A stretch of DNA of 64,000 bases from Rhina ancylostomus (GCA_030265395.1 JARFYF010000074.1:71193728-71257727); one strand, 5' to 3'; numbered from the stretch's first letter, positions 1 to 13,989 are shown. A program made the numbers and translations. The notes: generated from the letters alone by a model not told the origin.

Positions 1-1282
1 TACGAAGAATTATATATTAAACACCCTAAAAACAAATTTCATATGCTCAGATTTCATGCAATTACTATTGGGCAGAGAGATATGTTGAAAGGTGCTATAT
101 AAATGCAAATTATTGTTTACGCTAAGGTAACAAATTGTGTAGTCCCACAGTAATGAATGACAAATTTTGATTCATTTTCTTCCCTAATTTCTGGTGTGTT
201 AAACCCACACTATCTCAAAAGTGAATTGAGTTTAAGCGGCAGACATAACAAATGATATTTTGTGTTGTTCTTTGCCTTCAATTCATCAGAACAAGGCATG
301 GACTATAAATGATGTAAGTGAAATTAAGCTCATAGATTAATAATAGGAACTAGGATTTACTTTTGGAAAACAATTGATGGATCCTGAAATCTTCTGGTTG
401 GAGAAACTACTTTGAAAAAAATTACTAAACTCTATAATTGATAGCAGCAAAATTTAGGATAAGTGTTTGGATAACTAACTACAGAGCAGAAATTTTTCAA
501 TTTCAGAGGAGGTATGCTTTTTCTGCTTTCAAATGCCAATGTTACTTGCTTTTTATTCCTGATTTACTACGGAATTCAAATTCCCCAGCAGTTGAGATGT
601 GATTCATACTTACCTGTCTCCAGATTCCTTGGACCAGTCCTCTAGATACATGTCCAATAACCTAACCATTATGCTACCATTCAACGATCTGTCTGTGAAA
701 ATTGTCCATCAACCAGTCATAATCATTGTTTTCTTTTAGCAAATAGCACTAAATAAAGTCTGAAGCCAGAAGACATTATGTAACATAGTGTTATTGTTAT
801 ACTAGGGAGGATGTCCCTTTGGCTGTAGATATGGTTCAGTGGGCTTGAATTGTTCAGTCAAAACTGTTTCCCTGAATGGTTAGGAAATATGTTCTTACCT
901 GCATGAAATTGTTGGCTATCTCCTGCATGCTACTCTGACTAATCAGTTGCTAAACTCAAAAGAATCTTATAATTTGCTTCACATTGGCTGCATATAATGT
1001 GTATAACACATAATCTTAGAATGGTTTTCAAAGGGCACTCCATGCAGAAGCTTCAAGGAAAAGAATGCATTTTTGAAAGCTTCAGAAAAAAACTGAACTT
1101 CCTTTGAAATTGAAAATGGCCTTGATTCTATTCACAAATTTCAAGATAAAAATATTTTAAACTGATCACAACAAAGAGTGAAATCAAAATAGTAACAATT
1201 TTATAAATACGTTGTTTCAAAACTTATTACACATACAATTTCCTGAATTTCTATCATTGCAAATCTGCTGGTTTAATAACAT

Positions 1283-1394
1283 ATACTCAGGAACCTAGAT
1301 AATATTATATACAGATGCGGCTGTTAAAATACTCAGGAACCTAGATAATATCATATACAGATGCAGCTGTTAAAATAGTTAAGATGCGGCTGTT
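1283..1394. repeat. 46-bp tandem duplication plus partial third copy
   Basis: atactcaggaacctagataatat(t/c)atatacagatgc(g/a)gctgttaaa at 1283 and 1329 (2 mismatches); agatgcggctgtt again at 1382. Confidence 0.9.
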
Positions 1395-2489
1395 CTTTTT
1401 CCAGTTACATAATGGCCTAGATTTTACAACCAGGGACAAAGGAACAGTGCTTGCCATTCATTACACTGATAGGTGTCCAGAGAGTTTAGGAGTCTTGCTG
1501 GATTTTGTTTCTCATGGGAAATACAAAACCAGCATTTATTTTCCATCCTAATTTACTCCTAAACTGAGGATGCAGTTAAGATTCAAGCATATTGGTCACG
1601 TGTCATCCAGATTGGGTAAGCATATCAGTTATCCTTTCCTGAAGAATATCAGTGAACAAGACGGGTTTTCATGATAATTCAATGTCATCACATGGATAGT
1701 AGATTTTTAAATTTCAGGTTTACTGAATTACTTGCATTTAAATTCCCCAGCTACTTCAATGGGATTCAAACTCATGTCTTACAGGCCTCCAATAACTACC
1801 GTGCTCACATAATCCTGGCATGCATAAGCAGGCTATGTAACTTCACCTCTCTTCAACCAGATTGAAGATTTCTCAGGGAAACTCGCTGTTTACGTCATTG
1901 ACAGGGACAGGGCACATCGCATGAGAGGGTAGGTGACAAGGTAACAAGGTCTCAAACAGGAAACTGCAGAAGATCAAGTTCCTACATGTGGTTTGGAAGT
2001 TTAACTCCACGGTTTGATTTGCTCTATAATAACTATGTTACCCTCATTTTATTCATAACATCAATGTGGGTCTTAACCAGTATTAGCATTGGAGAAGCCA
2101 GGAAAAGAATTTGCAAATGAAACCTGCATTTACACAGAAAAACATCCCAAGACATTTCACAGGAGCAGTATCAGAGATAAAATTATACTGATTCCCAAGA
2201 TTAAGATTTCTGACCAAAAGTTTGGTCAAAGAAGAACATCTTTGAAGAGGAAACAAAGGTGTAGAGTGTTGGAAATTTAGGCTACAAGTTAAATCGCTAA
2301 ACTAAAATTAGAAACATTTATATCCAAAGTAATCAACTGTAGATGGTTTAAAAGGGCTAAAGCTGCATCAAAAGCTAAAGCTTACTGGCAGAACATTGTT
2401 ATCAATGGGTAGATGATTAAGGAAAATGTTGTGCTGTTTGAGAAAAGATGTTTGGTTTGGTCTGACCAGGATCTCATAGTCAGGGAGTC

Positions 2490-2795
2490 ACAGAATCATA
2501 CAGTATGGAAACAGGCCATTCAGTCCAACTCCATGCTGACCAGTGGGCACCCATCTATATTAATCCCATCTTTCAGCACTTGACCCGTAGCCTTCCATGC
2601 CGAGACGATGCAAGTGGTTGTCTAGAGATTTCTTAAACGCTGTGCGTGATTCTGCTTCCACCACTCTCTCAGGTGGTGTATTCCAGTTCTTCACCACAGT
2701 CTAGGTGTAAAAGGTCTCCCTCAGATCCTTACCCTAATGCTAAATCCGTGTCCTCTATATATATCTACCTCAGATAAGGGGAAAAGTCTACCCTA
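2490..2795 (-). mobile_element. CR1 LINE 3' fragment
   Basis: Reverse-oriented CR1 tail (agaatcatacagtatggaaacaggcc...) and ORF2 C-terminal remnant, similar to other copies in the window. Confidence 0.75.
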
Positions 2796-2819
2796 ACAAA
2801 CCTCTGATCTGAGGGCCAC

Positions 2820-2985
2820 ATAAAACCAGAAAGTGATGGGAACACTCAGCAGGCTGGGCTGCATCTGTGAAAATTGAAACTGAGTTAATGTTTCAGGTCC
2901 AAGAATCTTTGCAACCTGAAATATTAACTCTGTTTTTTTTTCCCCACAGATATTGCCTGGCCTGGTGAGTGACTCCTGCATTTTC
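2820..2985. mobile_element. Penelope-derived foldback mini-element, degenerate
   Basis: aacactcagcaggctgggctgcatctgtg ... ccacagatattgcctggcctggtgagt inverted termini; same family as 44700 and 63538. Confidence 0.6.
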
Positions 2986-3019
2986 TGTTATTATTATGGA
3001 TGATCCTTGGATGGATTGA

Positions 3020-3212
3020 GACCAGAGCAAAAGTGAGGTTTAAAGTGAAAGGGTAAAGACTTAAAAGGGAGGGACAAGTGCCTCATGCACAGGGTGTTGG
3101 CATATGGAACGAGCTGCCAGGGAAAGTAGTTGAGGCAGGTACAATAATAACATTTGGATAAGTACATGGGTAGGAAAGGTTTCGAGGGATATGGGCCAAA
3201 TGGGACTAGCTT
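3020..3212 (+). mobile_element. CR1 LINE 3' fragment
   Basis: tggaacgagctgccag...gagggatatgggccaaat, homologous to 40905-41225. Confidence 0.8.
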
Positions 3213-3292
3213 NNNNNNNNNNNNNNNNNNNNNNNNNNNNNNNNNNNNNNNNNNNNNNNNNNNNNNNNNNNNNNNNNNNNNNNNNNNNNNNN

Positions 3293-3410
3293 TAGAGTCA
3301 TAGGTGATGGAAACAGGCTCTTCGGCCCAACTCGTCCATGCTGACCAAGGTACCTACCTGAGCTAGTCGCATTTGCTTGCATTTGGCCCATATTGCTCTA
3401 AACCGTTCCC
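3293..3410 (-). mobile_element. CR1 LINE 3' tail
   Basis: ggaaacaggctcttcggcccaactcgtccatgctgacc...tttggcccatat is the reverse complement of the CR1 tail. Confidence 0.8.
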
Positions 3411-4364
3411 GTTGAAATGTTGGGATCCATCAGTGAACGTCCATATGAAAAGCTCAAACAATGGTAGGCCTGCTCCATTTTCAATTTTCTGACTTATTTT
3501 TAACTTTTACATTGACCATGGACTGAGGCTTTCTGAAAAATATTGCACGAGGTTGTTTTGACATTTCTAGAATAATAGCAGCATATACAATTGGGAACTG
3601 AGAGAACTGTGCGAAATTGTCTACAGCCACAGGGATAGCACTGATATGTATTGTATTAAAATACATTAAAAACTACACAAGCAAAATCTTAGAAATTGTG
3701 CAGAATCACCTTTGGGATCCATAAGTTGGAAGTTGAAGATACAATGTGGAGATGGTGATTGTTATGTTATTTTGTTCTGAAGGTTGAATGACCTCAGAAT
3801 TCATGTCTCTCAAATGTCAAGGTTGTTTCATCCAGATAAACCACANNNNNNNNNNNNNNNNNNNNNNNNNNNNNNNNNNNNNNNNNNNNNNNNNNNNNNN
3901 NNNNNNNNNNNNNNNNNNNNNNNNNNNNNNNNNNNNNNNNNNNNNNNNNNNNNNNNNNNNNNNNNNNNNNNNNNNNNNNNNNNNNNNNNNNACTTGCCAT
4001 TGTGGAGGGATGAGAAAAATACTTTCTCAAATGATTCCTAAAAGATTAAATTAATTACATGGGAACATCGTTAGAATCAACTAGCCTACTCTGGACATGG
4101 TGCACAGAAATCAGAGACAATTGATCTAAATTAGGGACAGATGTTTGTTTATTGTAGTCACTACTTCAGAAGAGGAAGCACACAACTCATCTCATTGTTC
4201 AAATTTTGGCTGATCTTTACATTCCATAATGATGCTTTTGTTTTATGCTCTCTCATGCCATGACAAAACAATGACAAACACCTTTTGGTAAGGCACCTCA
4301 CAAAATGTTGTTACATTTAAAAAGATTCACAGTTGTGAGTACCATTATTAGCATATATAGAGGA

Positions 4365-4965
4365 CAGGTTGAAGGACAAAGAGTGATAAGCATATCTTTT
4401 CCAACTTGGCAGACTGCATCTACAAGGTTGCCACAAGAAGCTGTCTCAAGCTCTCATTTAATCACAATGTATATTAATGACTTAGATGAAAAGACAAGAA
4501 ACTGATGGAAAGACAAGTTAGGTGAGAATGATTCCCAGGGAGAGGCAGCTGGCCTGTGAAGAGAGATCAAGTAACACTGACCTATTCTTACTAGAGTTTT
4601 AAAAAAGATTTTGCTGGGTGTCATTGAGACATGTAAGGTTCTGGAAATGATTAATACAGTGGTTTCTATGTGTGTCTCCTCTCACTGGAGAATTGAGAAG
4701 AAGGAGTCATTGTCTCAAGATAGCAAGCCAACAATTTAGGTTTATATTCACTGGAGTTTAGAAACATGAAAGGTGATCTCTCTCCTTGCAAGATCCTGAA
4801 AGGAATTTTCAGGGTAGATGCTGAAAAACTGTTCCCTCTGGAGGGAGAGTCTAGAACTGGGTGACAAAGACTCAGGAGAGGGTTCAGCCATTTGGAATCA
4901 ATGTGAGGAGAAATTTATCCAGAGGAGTATGAGTCTTGGTAATTCTCTTTCTAGGAAGATGTGAA
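4365..4965 (+). mobile_element. Old CR1 RT and 3' fragments
   Basis: MYINDLDE motif in the 4305 ORF; ctggagtttagaaacatgaaaggtgatctc remnant. Confidence 0.65.
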
Positions 4966-4974
4966 TACAAGCTC

Positions 4975-5320
4975 GGCACAGTGGCACAGTGATTAAATTA
5001 CAAGCCAACCATCCAGATATATGGGCCACTGATTCAGAGAAAAGTTCAAATCTCCCATGACAGCCAGGAAGTTTAACTCTAAGTAATTATTTTTTAAAAA
5101 AACATCAAAAGTTGTAACTATGAAACTTCTGGCTTGCTGTAAAAATTCATCTGGTTCAGTAGTATCCTCCAGGGAAGGAATTCTGCTGTCCTTACCTGGT
5201 CCAGTCTGCACAAATCCAGACCCACCAAAATGGTGGACTTCTGACTGCCACTGCTGAGGAGCAAATATAGATAGACAATAAATGTCAGTCTTGCCAGCAA
5301 CATTCACATCCCATGGTCGA
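4975..5320 (+). mobile_element. Old tRNA-derived SINE with LINE-like tail
   Basis: ggcacagtggcacagtg head, agttcaaatctcc B-box-like motif, agggaaggaattctgctgtccttacctggtc body, aataaatgtcagtcttgccagc tail shared with the 11860 and 29810 LINE tails. Confidence 0.6.
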
Positions 5321-5339
5321 TTAAATAATCGGTTAAATT

Positions 5340-5775
5340 TAGGGAGTGTTTCTATCTCTCCCAACCCTTGAGCTCATGAATTCCAAACCACTACCGCTCT
5401 CTGGATAAAGCCTCAACTTTTCCCTCTAATCCTTATACCAATTGCTTCAACACTTTGCCTCCTAGTTTTTGACTCCTTGGCCATGGTAATTAGGTATGTC
5501 CTATTTACTCTATCTAAAGCCTTCATTCTTTTTTCCCTTGAAAATCTCCTCTCTCGTGCAATTAGATCATTCCTATATTGTGGTTGAACAGGCATTGTAT
5601 ATAGTTTTAACCCAACCTCCCTGCTTTTATATTTCTGTGCCTTGGTTAATAAATGAAAATACCAGTATGTCCTTTTAATGACTTAATTGACTTGGCCTAT
5701 CACCTTTAAGGGTCTGTGGACTGGACTCCAAGGTCCCTCTGTTCCTGTACATTTCACAGCTTCCCATTTACCACT
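5340..5775 (-). mobile_element. Old CR1 fragment
   Basis: Minus ORF YRNDLIARER...ALDRVNR...SKTRR resembles the CR1 ORF2 C-terminus. Confidence 0.65.
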
Positions 5776-6984
5776 GATTTGTATTTATGGCCATTTCTTT
5801 TTTAAACTGTTAATTTTCTACAATCCATTCCTGTATTAATTCAATCACACATTTACATAGACTTTTAAAATAGATTGCTTTGGGCTTCTTCATTCATTCT
5901 TTTATGCCCCTACTTTCATGAAGTGGTTCACATATTGTCATGTGATGAAAAGTATTGATTTTTATTTTGCAAAACACATATTTTTCCTGTCCATTTCTGT
6001 CTCTAATCTGCGTGCTGGGTAACTGATACTGACAGTCACAGTCACTGAACCTGTGGAGAAAATGTCACTATTAGTAATCTGCAGTCAGCCATCTTCGCCT
6101 ATGGGTTTAGCACTGGATAATTTGTGAACCACATTAAAAATATTAGTGACTACAAGCTGAGTTTAGGGGTGGGGGTTAAGGTTTTTTTGACAGCCGTTCC
6201 CAAGCTTCCATCACCTGGAAGAACAGCAAATACGTGGAATGCCAATGACCCTCCCTGCCATGTTCCACTTCCAGTGACGTCACCCTGATTTGGAAATACA
6301 ACACCGTTCCTTCATTGCCACTCGGACTAGATCCTAGAACTCCTTCCCCAAGAGCACCGTGGGATTCTCCCTAACAGGGCACAAAAAGACTCCCAGTTAA
6401 TGATAATGTGCAAACAGCCGCTCTGTTTGTTCTCTTGCTGGCTACCGTGCTGGATCAAGCACTGATGGTTGAACAGGGATCCCTCAGCCGTCCTCCCTGC
6501 AATGCTCAGTCAGTGTTCAGCTTCCCCACCAAAAGTCAGGAATACATTAGAGGTCAGCTGCTAGAACACTTCCAGTGTGCCTCTGACTTGAGTGTTACCA
6601 GCATATCTGACCTCCTGCTCCGCCACTGCATTCACCTCCACATGCAGTGGAGCTTCTGCATTGTTCCGAGCCAAGATCCACAACATCCTGTCCCTCTGTC
6701 TTACACCAGCCGTATCTGGTTTGTAAGCAGCAACCCTATTCATTTGAATGGAATTACTCATCTTTGTCTTGAATAAACTCAGTAGCTAAACTTGCAAAGC
6801 CTTCTTGGATATTCATTAACTCCTTGGTGAAGGCTTATCTTCTCATCTCAGCCCTGAATATCTGACCCCTTATTTAGACATTACAGCCCCTACCTTGTCA
6901 AGTCCCATAAGAATCCAGTATTTTTCAATTGGATCACCTTTCATTCTTCAAAATTCAAGAAATTATTGTCCAGTCCAGTTAATC

Positions 6985-7470
6985 TCAACTCATAGGAAGG
7001 ATGTGGAAGCTTTAGAGATGGTGCAGAGGAGATTTACCAGGAAGCTGCCTGGATTAGAGAACATGCCTTATGAGGAAAGGTTTACCGAGCTAGGGCTTTT
7101 CTCTTTGGAGCAACGCAGGATGAGAGGCAACCTGATAGAGGTGTATAAGATTATGAGAGGCATAGATAGACAGCCAGCACCTGTTTCCCAGGGCGGCAGT
7201 GGGCAATACCAGTTGACATTAGTTTAAGGTCAGAGGAGGAAAGGTTGTTTTTTTTTTACACAGAGTGGTGGTTGCCTGCAACGCACTGCCAGGGTTGGTG
7301 GTAGAGACTGATACAAGAGGGAAATTTAAAAGACTCTTAGATAGGCACATGGATGTAAGAAAAATAGAGGGTTATGGGGGTGTAGGAGGAAAGAGTTAGA
7401 TTGATCACGGAGTAGGTGTTTATACAGGCTGGCACAACATCGTGGGCTGAAGGGCCCGTATGTTTTATGT
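6985..7470 (+). mobile_element. Relatively young CR1 3' fragment nested in an older antisense CR1 (about 6760-7760)
   Basis: RKDVEALEMVQRRFTRKLPGLENMPYEERFTELGLFSLEQRRMRGNLIEVYKIMRGIDR, then tail gggctgaagggcccgtatg; the flanks read as one interrupted minus-strand CR1. Confidence 0.9.
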
Positions 7471-8659
7471 TGTTCATAAAATCCCAGTAATCAATCTGGT
7501 GAACCTTTGTTGCACTCACTCTGCGCACATATATCCTTCCTTATTCAGGGAAATGAGACTTGTACACAATGTTCCAGGTGCAGTCTCACCTGCACCCTAT
7601 ATAATTGCAGGAATTACTCTTAGCCTCAAATCCTCTTGTATGAGAGGCCAACATACCAGTTGCTTTTCCTAATTCTTTGCAGAGCCTGCCTGTTAATCTT
7701 CAGTGATCCATGTACAAGGAACTTCTGAGCACCAATACCATTCAAGCTCCTACCATTGAACAAATAATTGTTTTTATTTATTTGTTTCATGTGATATTTA
7801 GGTTTTTAATTAATTCTCAGTAAATTACTGTGTATTTAATTGTTTTTCTAATTTTATTTATTTAATTTCATTTATAAACTGTGAACAATGCCTTTGGCCA
7901 TTAGTGTGGTCCGGGGGCAAGACCTTGGCCTCCAGTGCCTGAGGCCCAATTGCCACTTGTGGCTTGAGGAAGGGTTACAGGATGAAGGCCTCTGGTACAA
8001 TAGATTTCCCGGTGCTGCGCCCACATAATTAGCGGGGTGGGGGGGTGGGGGGTAAGTGAACATAAGGCNNNNNNNNNNCCCCCCCCCCCCCCCCCCCCCC
8101 CCCCCAAGTGAACATAAGGCAAAGGTCATGATTGGGACAAATGTCACCAAGAGGATCAAATAATAGCCTCCTGACATGAAATACAAAAAAGTACCATCAA
8201 CTCTGTGAGTACTATCACCACACAGACTGGAACAGCTCAAGAAGCCTATTCAAGGGCAATAAATGCTGGCTTAGCCTGTAATGCCCACATTCGAATAGTC
8301 AGTTTTTAAACAAACATTCACCATTAAGGCTGGATCACTCTTGATTGGTAGATTTTAGGAAAATGGAAAGGTGATTCTCAATAATTTATAAGAAATTGGT
8401 GTCAGTATGTGAAGCCTTCAAGTCGGATCCATGGTGAGAAGAAATCTTTGCAGCTGAAATGTTTTATGCAAATTAAGGTCTTAGCAATATACTTGTGCAT
8501 TGAGGCAGTTCTACAATTTGCTGCACTCACGGCAATGAATGTGGACATGGCTCCATTTCACCTGCACTGTCTGTTGGGATCAGCTACTGTACAATACTAC
8601 AGAGGTTTACCTTGTGTGTAATATCCCAGAGGTGCATGAAACTAACTGGACCTTAGGAT

Positions 8660-9290
8660 TAAAAGTGCAAGACCCTGTGGGAAAAGAAGATGGTGACCCT
8701 GCCCAAGCAAATTGTACAAGTCTGTATAAGTCATTGGTAGATTGCTTCATCACTAAAACTTTCAACCAAGCATCTAGAGCTTGTTTGGCTGGTGGTGAGA
8801 AGGGATATCCCAGTCAAATCATTTATGCACAGCTGAAGTCTCAGCATCACTGCATGTTGGTCTTGGGGCAGCAGCCGCACTGGTGACCAGTGTGCCATCC
8901 CTTTCCTTCTGAAAGTTGCGTTGGCCAAGGTGGTCTGCAAAGGGATGCAGTGGTCTTTGTTGACATTCACGTCAAGCAGCTGCAGGACACAGGACTCCTT
9001 GGTCCACAGGCTGTTCCTCGGGACACACACTGAGTCAAGTTTCAGCTGCTGTTGGAAGATTATTGAGGTGAACGACACCCTCTGGTCTATCTGAAACGTA
9101 TTAATCTCCCAGTGCTAGAAGCAAATGATACAGACTGGCATTTTCCAAGGTCCAGGAGTACATGCCGAGGCACATCCTGAAGTTTGGTGCAGGCACTACA
9201 AAGGAAAGGGCACAGAAGGACCTCCCACCATTACACCTCTGGATCCCATGTAAAATCCCCTCAGACTGTTTGCTCAAGGACCTCATGTCA
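8660..9290 (+). mobile_element. Tx1-like (L1 group) ORF2 C-terminal remnant
   Basis: Broken frames give GLFLGTHTESSFSCCWKII..DTLWS and RLAFSKVQEYMPRHILKFG, resembling fish/shark Tx1-type ORF2 ends. Confidence 0.6.
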
Positions 9291-10179
9291 CTGGAAAATT
9301 GATGACACGCTGACGTAACCTTGAAAATAAATGGAATGGTATGTCTTGCTCTGAAAATTACAACATATGAATATTTTACATTTTATGTATTTGGGTAAAT
9401 TTAAGGAATAGAATATATTTTTGGGGAAGAAAATCAAGATAAAAAAAGTTTTTTTGTTGTTCAATCCCAACCACCTGTGCCTCTCCTCCCCTAAATTTAA
9501 AAAAAATATTCTTTGCAATGAGTCCTATTTTAGATCAAAGACTCACGTAATGTATTCATGCTCAGAGTGCCTTAGTTGTTAATGAACAGACCCTCGACAA
9601 CCCCTGCTGTTTAAGTTCTGTTCTGCTGAGAGAACTTAGAGACCAAATTGATTCTAAAACAAATTATTTCACTTTTTTTTAATGAGAGTGGCCATTTTCA
9701 AAGGTTTAATTTTTTTTAAAATAAAAAAAAGAATTTGTACTAAATAAACCTCACAAAAAATGGCAGCTAAATTCAATAGTCTCCAAAAATGATTGTGGGG
9801 AATGTGATACAAAAATAACTTGCTCCTGTTCAGAGTACTGCAGACAGGCACTGGCAATCCAGCTGATACACACAGCACTTTCCTAGGCTAGAAACTTCAG
9901 CAGGGGACCAGTATTGTGAGCAGATAGCATTAGTTAAGTCTTGCTTGGATTTAAAGCTAGCCTGCAAATCTTAAAAGGGGATGAGTACTGTGAATGGAGC
10001 AGGTGCTGGCAGGAGCTGTCTGTCAAGGTACCCGATGAAACAACACAGCTTGGTCTAACATTAGGAGGCAATGGGCTCCAAGTTTTCGGAGAGTACAGCA
10101 GGTAGAAGTGGTGGGAAGGGGAGGAATCTGCAACTACTGCATCAGAACAAAGCTTTGTCATCCTGAAGCACCCAGCTGC

Positions 10180-11895
10180 GAATGATGGTGCACAATTAAA
10201 CACAGAGGGGGCACAAAGACCAAAGACCATTGTTCTATTCAACAATGAAACCATGCATGTACATGCAATAAGCCGAAACATCTGCAGCAACTCTTAGAAA
10301 TGCCATGGATGATCCACCCGTCTCTATCAAAGGACCCAGTCTTTGCTCCACATGATATTAAGAAGTGACCAANNNNNNNNNNNNNAGAAAAGGCTGTTGT
10401 GGATCTCACAATCTGACACCTGTGGTGCTTAAGACTTGTGCTCCAAAACTAACCATACCGCTAATCAGTTCAATAGAGCAACAACTTTGGCAAATGCACA
10501 AAGTGGAAAACTGCCCAGGTACATCACATCCAGAGACAGCAAAACAAATCCTATCCAGTTAATTACTGCCCATCACTCAACTCTCAATCAACAAAGTGTT
10601 GAAAGGAACTGATGACACTGCTATCAAGCAGCATTTAGTCAACAATGACCCGTTCATCACTGTTCAGTTTGGGTTCTGACAGGACTACTCAACTTCAAAA
10701 CCAATTAGAACCTTGTTTCAAACAGAAGACAAGAAAAGCTGAATTCCAGCGGAGAGTGGAGCATAACTGCTGTTGATATCAAGGTGTTATTTGACCAAGT
10801 GTTGAAGCAAGGAGCACTCATAATGCTGAAATCAATGACAATTAAGGTGAAAACTTTCCACTGGCTGAGGTCAAACTCACACAAAGGAAGATGGCTGTGG
10901 TTGCTGATAGTCAACCATTTCAGATGCAGTCAAAGTCTAACCATCTTTAGGCACTTCATCCTTCTTAACTCACTAAGAGGTCCCTTGCTTATCAGCAAAG
11001 CCAACATGGTTTCCTTCCTTCTTAAGGTCAGAAGTTGGCTCATGACTGCACAATGTTTAATCCCATTCACAATTTCTCAGGGAAAGTAAGTTATCTTTGC
11101 TCACAATGAGACCCAAACAGCTAGACATCAACAGATGTGGTAAGCAACAATTGCTCCATGTAAGTGCCAGGCAATGACCATCTCCATCAAGAGAGAGGGC
11201 ATCACATGTCTGGGCCCTCATTATGAACATCTTGGAACTCACCAGTGGGCAGAAACTCATCTTGACCAGCTATATGAATATTGTGGCCTTGAAAGCAGGA
11301 GAAAGGTTGGGTATCCTGTGGAAAATTACCTCTCTCCACTCCAAAGCATTTCCACAAGTCAGGAATGTGATGGAATACTCCCCACATGCTTGGACAAGTG
11401 CAGGTCCAACATTAAGGAAAAGCAGCTGACTTGATTGGCATTGCATCTAACAGCTTAAACTTCCCAACCATCCCACCATCAGCCCAGATCCAGGACGCTA
11501 TAGCTACAGTATGNNNNNNNNNNNNNNNNNNNNNNNNNNNNNNNNNNNNNNNNNNNNNNNNNNNNNNNNNNNNNNNNNNNNNNNNNNNNNNNNNNNNNNN
11601 NNNNNNNNNNNNNGTACCATCTATAAAATGCACTGCTGCAATGTGTCAAGGCTTCTTTGAAAAATGTCATCGAAACCCATGATCTCTATCACCTGGAAGG
11701 TGAAGGGCAACAAGCACATGAAGATCCTCCTGTAAGTCATACACCAACATGACTTGGAAATATAGCACCATTCTCTCATTGTCACAGAGCCTAAATTCTG
11801 GAACCGTGACAGTAACTTCATAATGACTGCAATGGTTATAAGACATTTAGGTAAGGGCAATAAATGCTGATCTTGCCAGCCATGCACATACCCTC
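10180..11895 (+). mobile_element. Old CR1-group (L2/Crack-like) LINE RT remnant with 3' tail
   Basis: VLKTCAPKL, (A)VDIKVLFDQVLKQGALIMLKSMTIKVKTFHWL, ending in gggcaataaatgctgatcttgccagc. Confidence 0.75.
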
Positions 11896-12529
11896 ATAGA
11901 TATGTCACTGTTCAGCTCACCACTCCCTTATTATATACCTATCAAGAAGCTCCATCAAGTCTGGTCTACATACTTTCATCAGGCATTCAATGAATGCACA
12001 CCAATGACCTTAACAATAAGATATTCAGTACGATTCTCACCATTTTGGCATCTGAATTAGACTTATAGCTCCCCAAATTTCAAATCATGGATTTCCTTTG
12101 AAATGGACCCATCTTACAACTATTGCCTTGAAGGTTTAAAACAAAGTACTTATAATGCTGGTTTGATGTTGGGCAATGAGTACTGCGTTAGAATAAAAAC
12201 CTTTGACATGTCATCATTTGGAGAGGGGTGCTTTACAAGTAAAAGGATATAGCTGTTATTCAACACAAGTGTTGCAAGCTATAAGTCTATTTATTGCAAA
12301 AAATGAATCTCACCCCACCTTGCTTGTTTTCTTTCCAGTGTCAAGCTAAGCACATTTAGTGCCAGAATGCAGTGGATTAGACTCAGACAAGATTAGAGGT
12401 CAGAACAAATCATTCCTTTTCTGTATGTGGAACAGATTTCCAGGAGAAACAAATGATCACATGCAGCTTAACTCCTTTAAAAATATCAGGTCAAGAAAGA
12501 TGTCTTTGCAGCAATGTCTCTTTCTGTTC

Positions 12530-12970
12530 CAGCTAAATCCATCAGTTGTTGAAGCCATCCATGCCTTAATTACCTCCAGACTAGTGGCCAGCTTCCCATT
12601 TGCCACCCACTTTTGAACTTTAGTTCATCCAAAACCTCACTGCCTTTATCTTAAATCACACTGATGTCCAGTCACCCATCAAATCTGTGCTTACTAACTT
12701 ACATTGATTCCTAGTACCTTGATCTTAATCTTCTCAATTTTGTGTTCAAATTCTTCCATGGGCTCACTGCCCCCCTACCTTCGTAACCTCTCTAAATCTT
12801 AATACACTCGAATCTCTATAATCCTCCAACTTTGACCACTTGTGCACAAATTCTCTCTTCCATTGATGTCAATAATTTCAGCAACTGGATTCTAGATTCT
12901 TGAGTTTAGATCATAAACCAGTGCTATCTATCTCCAAGATATTCCTTAAAACCCCTCTTCAAGCAAGCCC
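12530..12970 (+). mobile_element. L2 LINE 3' remnant
   Basis: EAIHALITSRL...IQN...PIKSVLTNLH and ccttaaaacccctcttc, typical of the L2 ORF2 end. Confidence 0.7.
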
Positions 12971-13989
12971 ATGGCCCCCAGATATTGTGGTTAGGTAGGT
13001 CAATTGGATACTGTAAATTCCCTCCAGCATGTAGGTAAATGGTAGAGTCTGGGGGAGGGTGGGAATTGATGGGAATATAGGAAGAATTAGTCGTGGAATA
13101 GGAATGCTCTAACTTGAACAATGGCTTCCTTCTATGCTGTAAGGGAATATGAAAATATGTCAATTTTTCTTTTATTGTGCATTGCAAATTACTTTGGGAA
13201 GTATTACTACCTTAAAAGGAGCTAAATAAATGCAAGAAATTGTTGTTGAAAGTTTTGTCAGCACAGATAGATATGGCGATCACAGAAAGTCAATGCTTTC
13301 CACACTACAGGCCCCTTACATCTATCAGCTGTGACATAGCAGGAATTGGAAAGTGCGAGTAGAATTAATATCCAGTATTTTTCCTCAGCTACTTTCCCTG
13401 ACACAGGAGGAACTGTATCATCCTGAAGCGTATATTAATGACTTTGTTCCTTGAGGAATCAGAGTGCCTCTTTGCAGAAAATTTGAAAAAGATATGATGA
13501 ACTAAACAACTTTCCCACCATCTCCCACATTCAGTGATTCTGGAACTTATCCTAGTGATTCTGATTGTCTTCTCATCACCCACACCGTGCCTTGATTAGA
13601 ACAGTGCTTCACCAGTTCTGAAAATGAATACTCTCATTAATTTGCAGGCTTAGAAAAAAAAGATTAGAATAACATTTTGAATTTTGCTGAACACAAGCAG
13701 GAAATCAAAAGATTAAATTATGACCTCTTTCCTCCAGAATTGTGATATTACTAATGCTCAGGAATGGAGTCAAAGGATTTGGATCAGGATTTCTACACCA
13801 GCTGTGTCATCAGAGACAACGATAAGCATAGGCCTGCCAGTGGAAATAGTGAGTAAAGACTTGTTTAAGGATAGATAGAGGCTGTGCGCATGTAATTTAA
13901 TAATTCGTGGGAAGTGAGCAGTTCCAAGCTTTGCAATGAATCATTATTTTAGTTTCACCCCTCTCGTTCCACAAGCCCATCCATATAAC

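Noticed and set aside
899-949. Possible 51-nt minus-strand exon (TTTAG|...CAG|GTAAGA)
   Set aside because: Entering in phase 2 from the FRMPD4 exon gives an immediate TGA, and it has no similarity to FRMPD4 exon 2; a poison exon cannot be excluded but is unsupported.
6408-6776. 122-aa ORF with signal-peptide-like N-terminus
   Set aside because: GTG start, no recognisable family or splice structure, and it lies between repeats; likely a chance frame.
8035-8120. G-run, aagtgaacataaggc direct repeat and poly-C (possible G-quadruplex or target duplication)
   Set aside because: Straddles a 10-N gap and a homopolymer, so the sequence is unreliable. The gggaaaaaagt repeat across the gap at 28092-28191 has the same problem.
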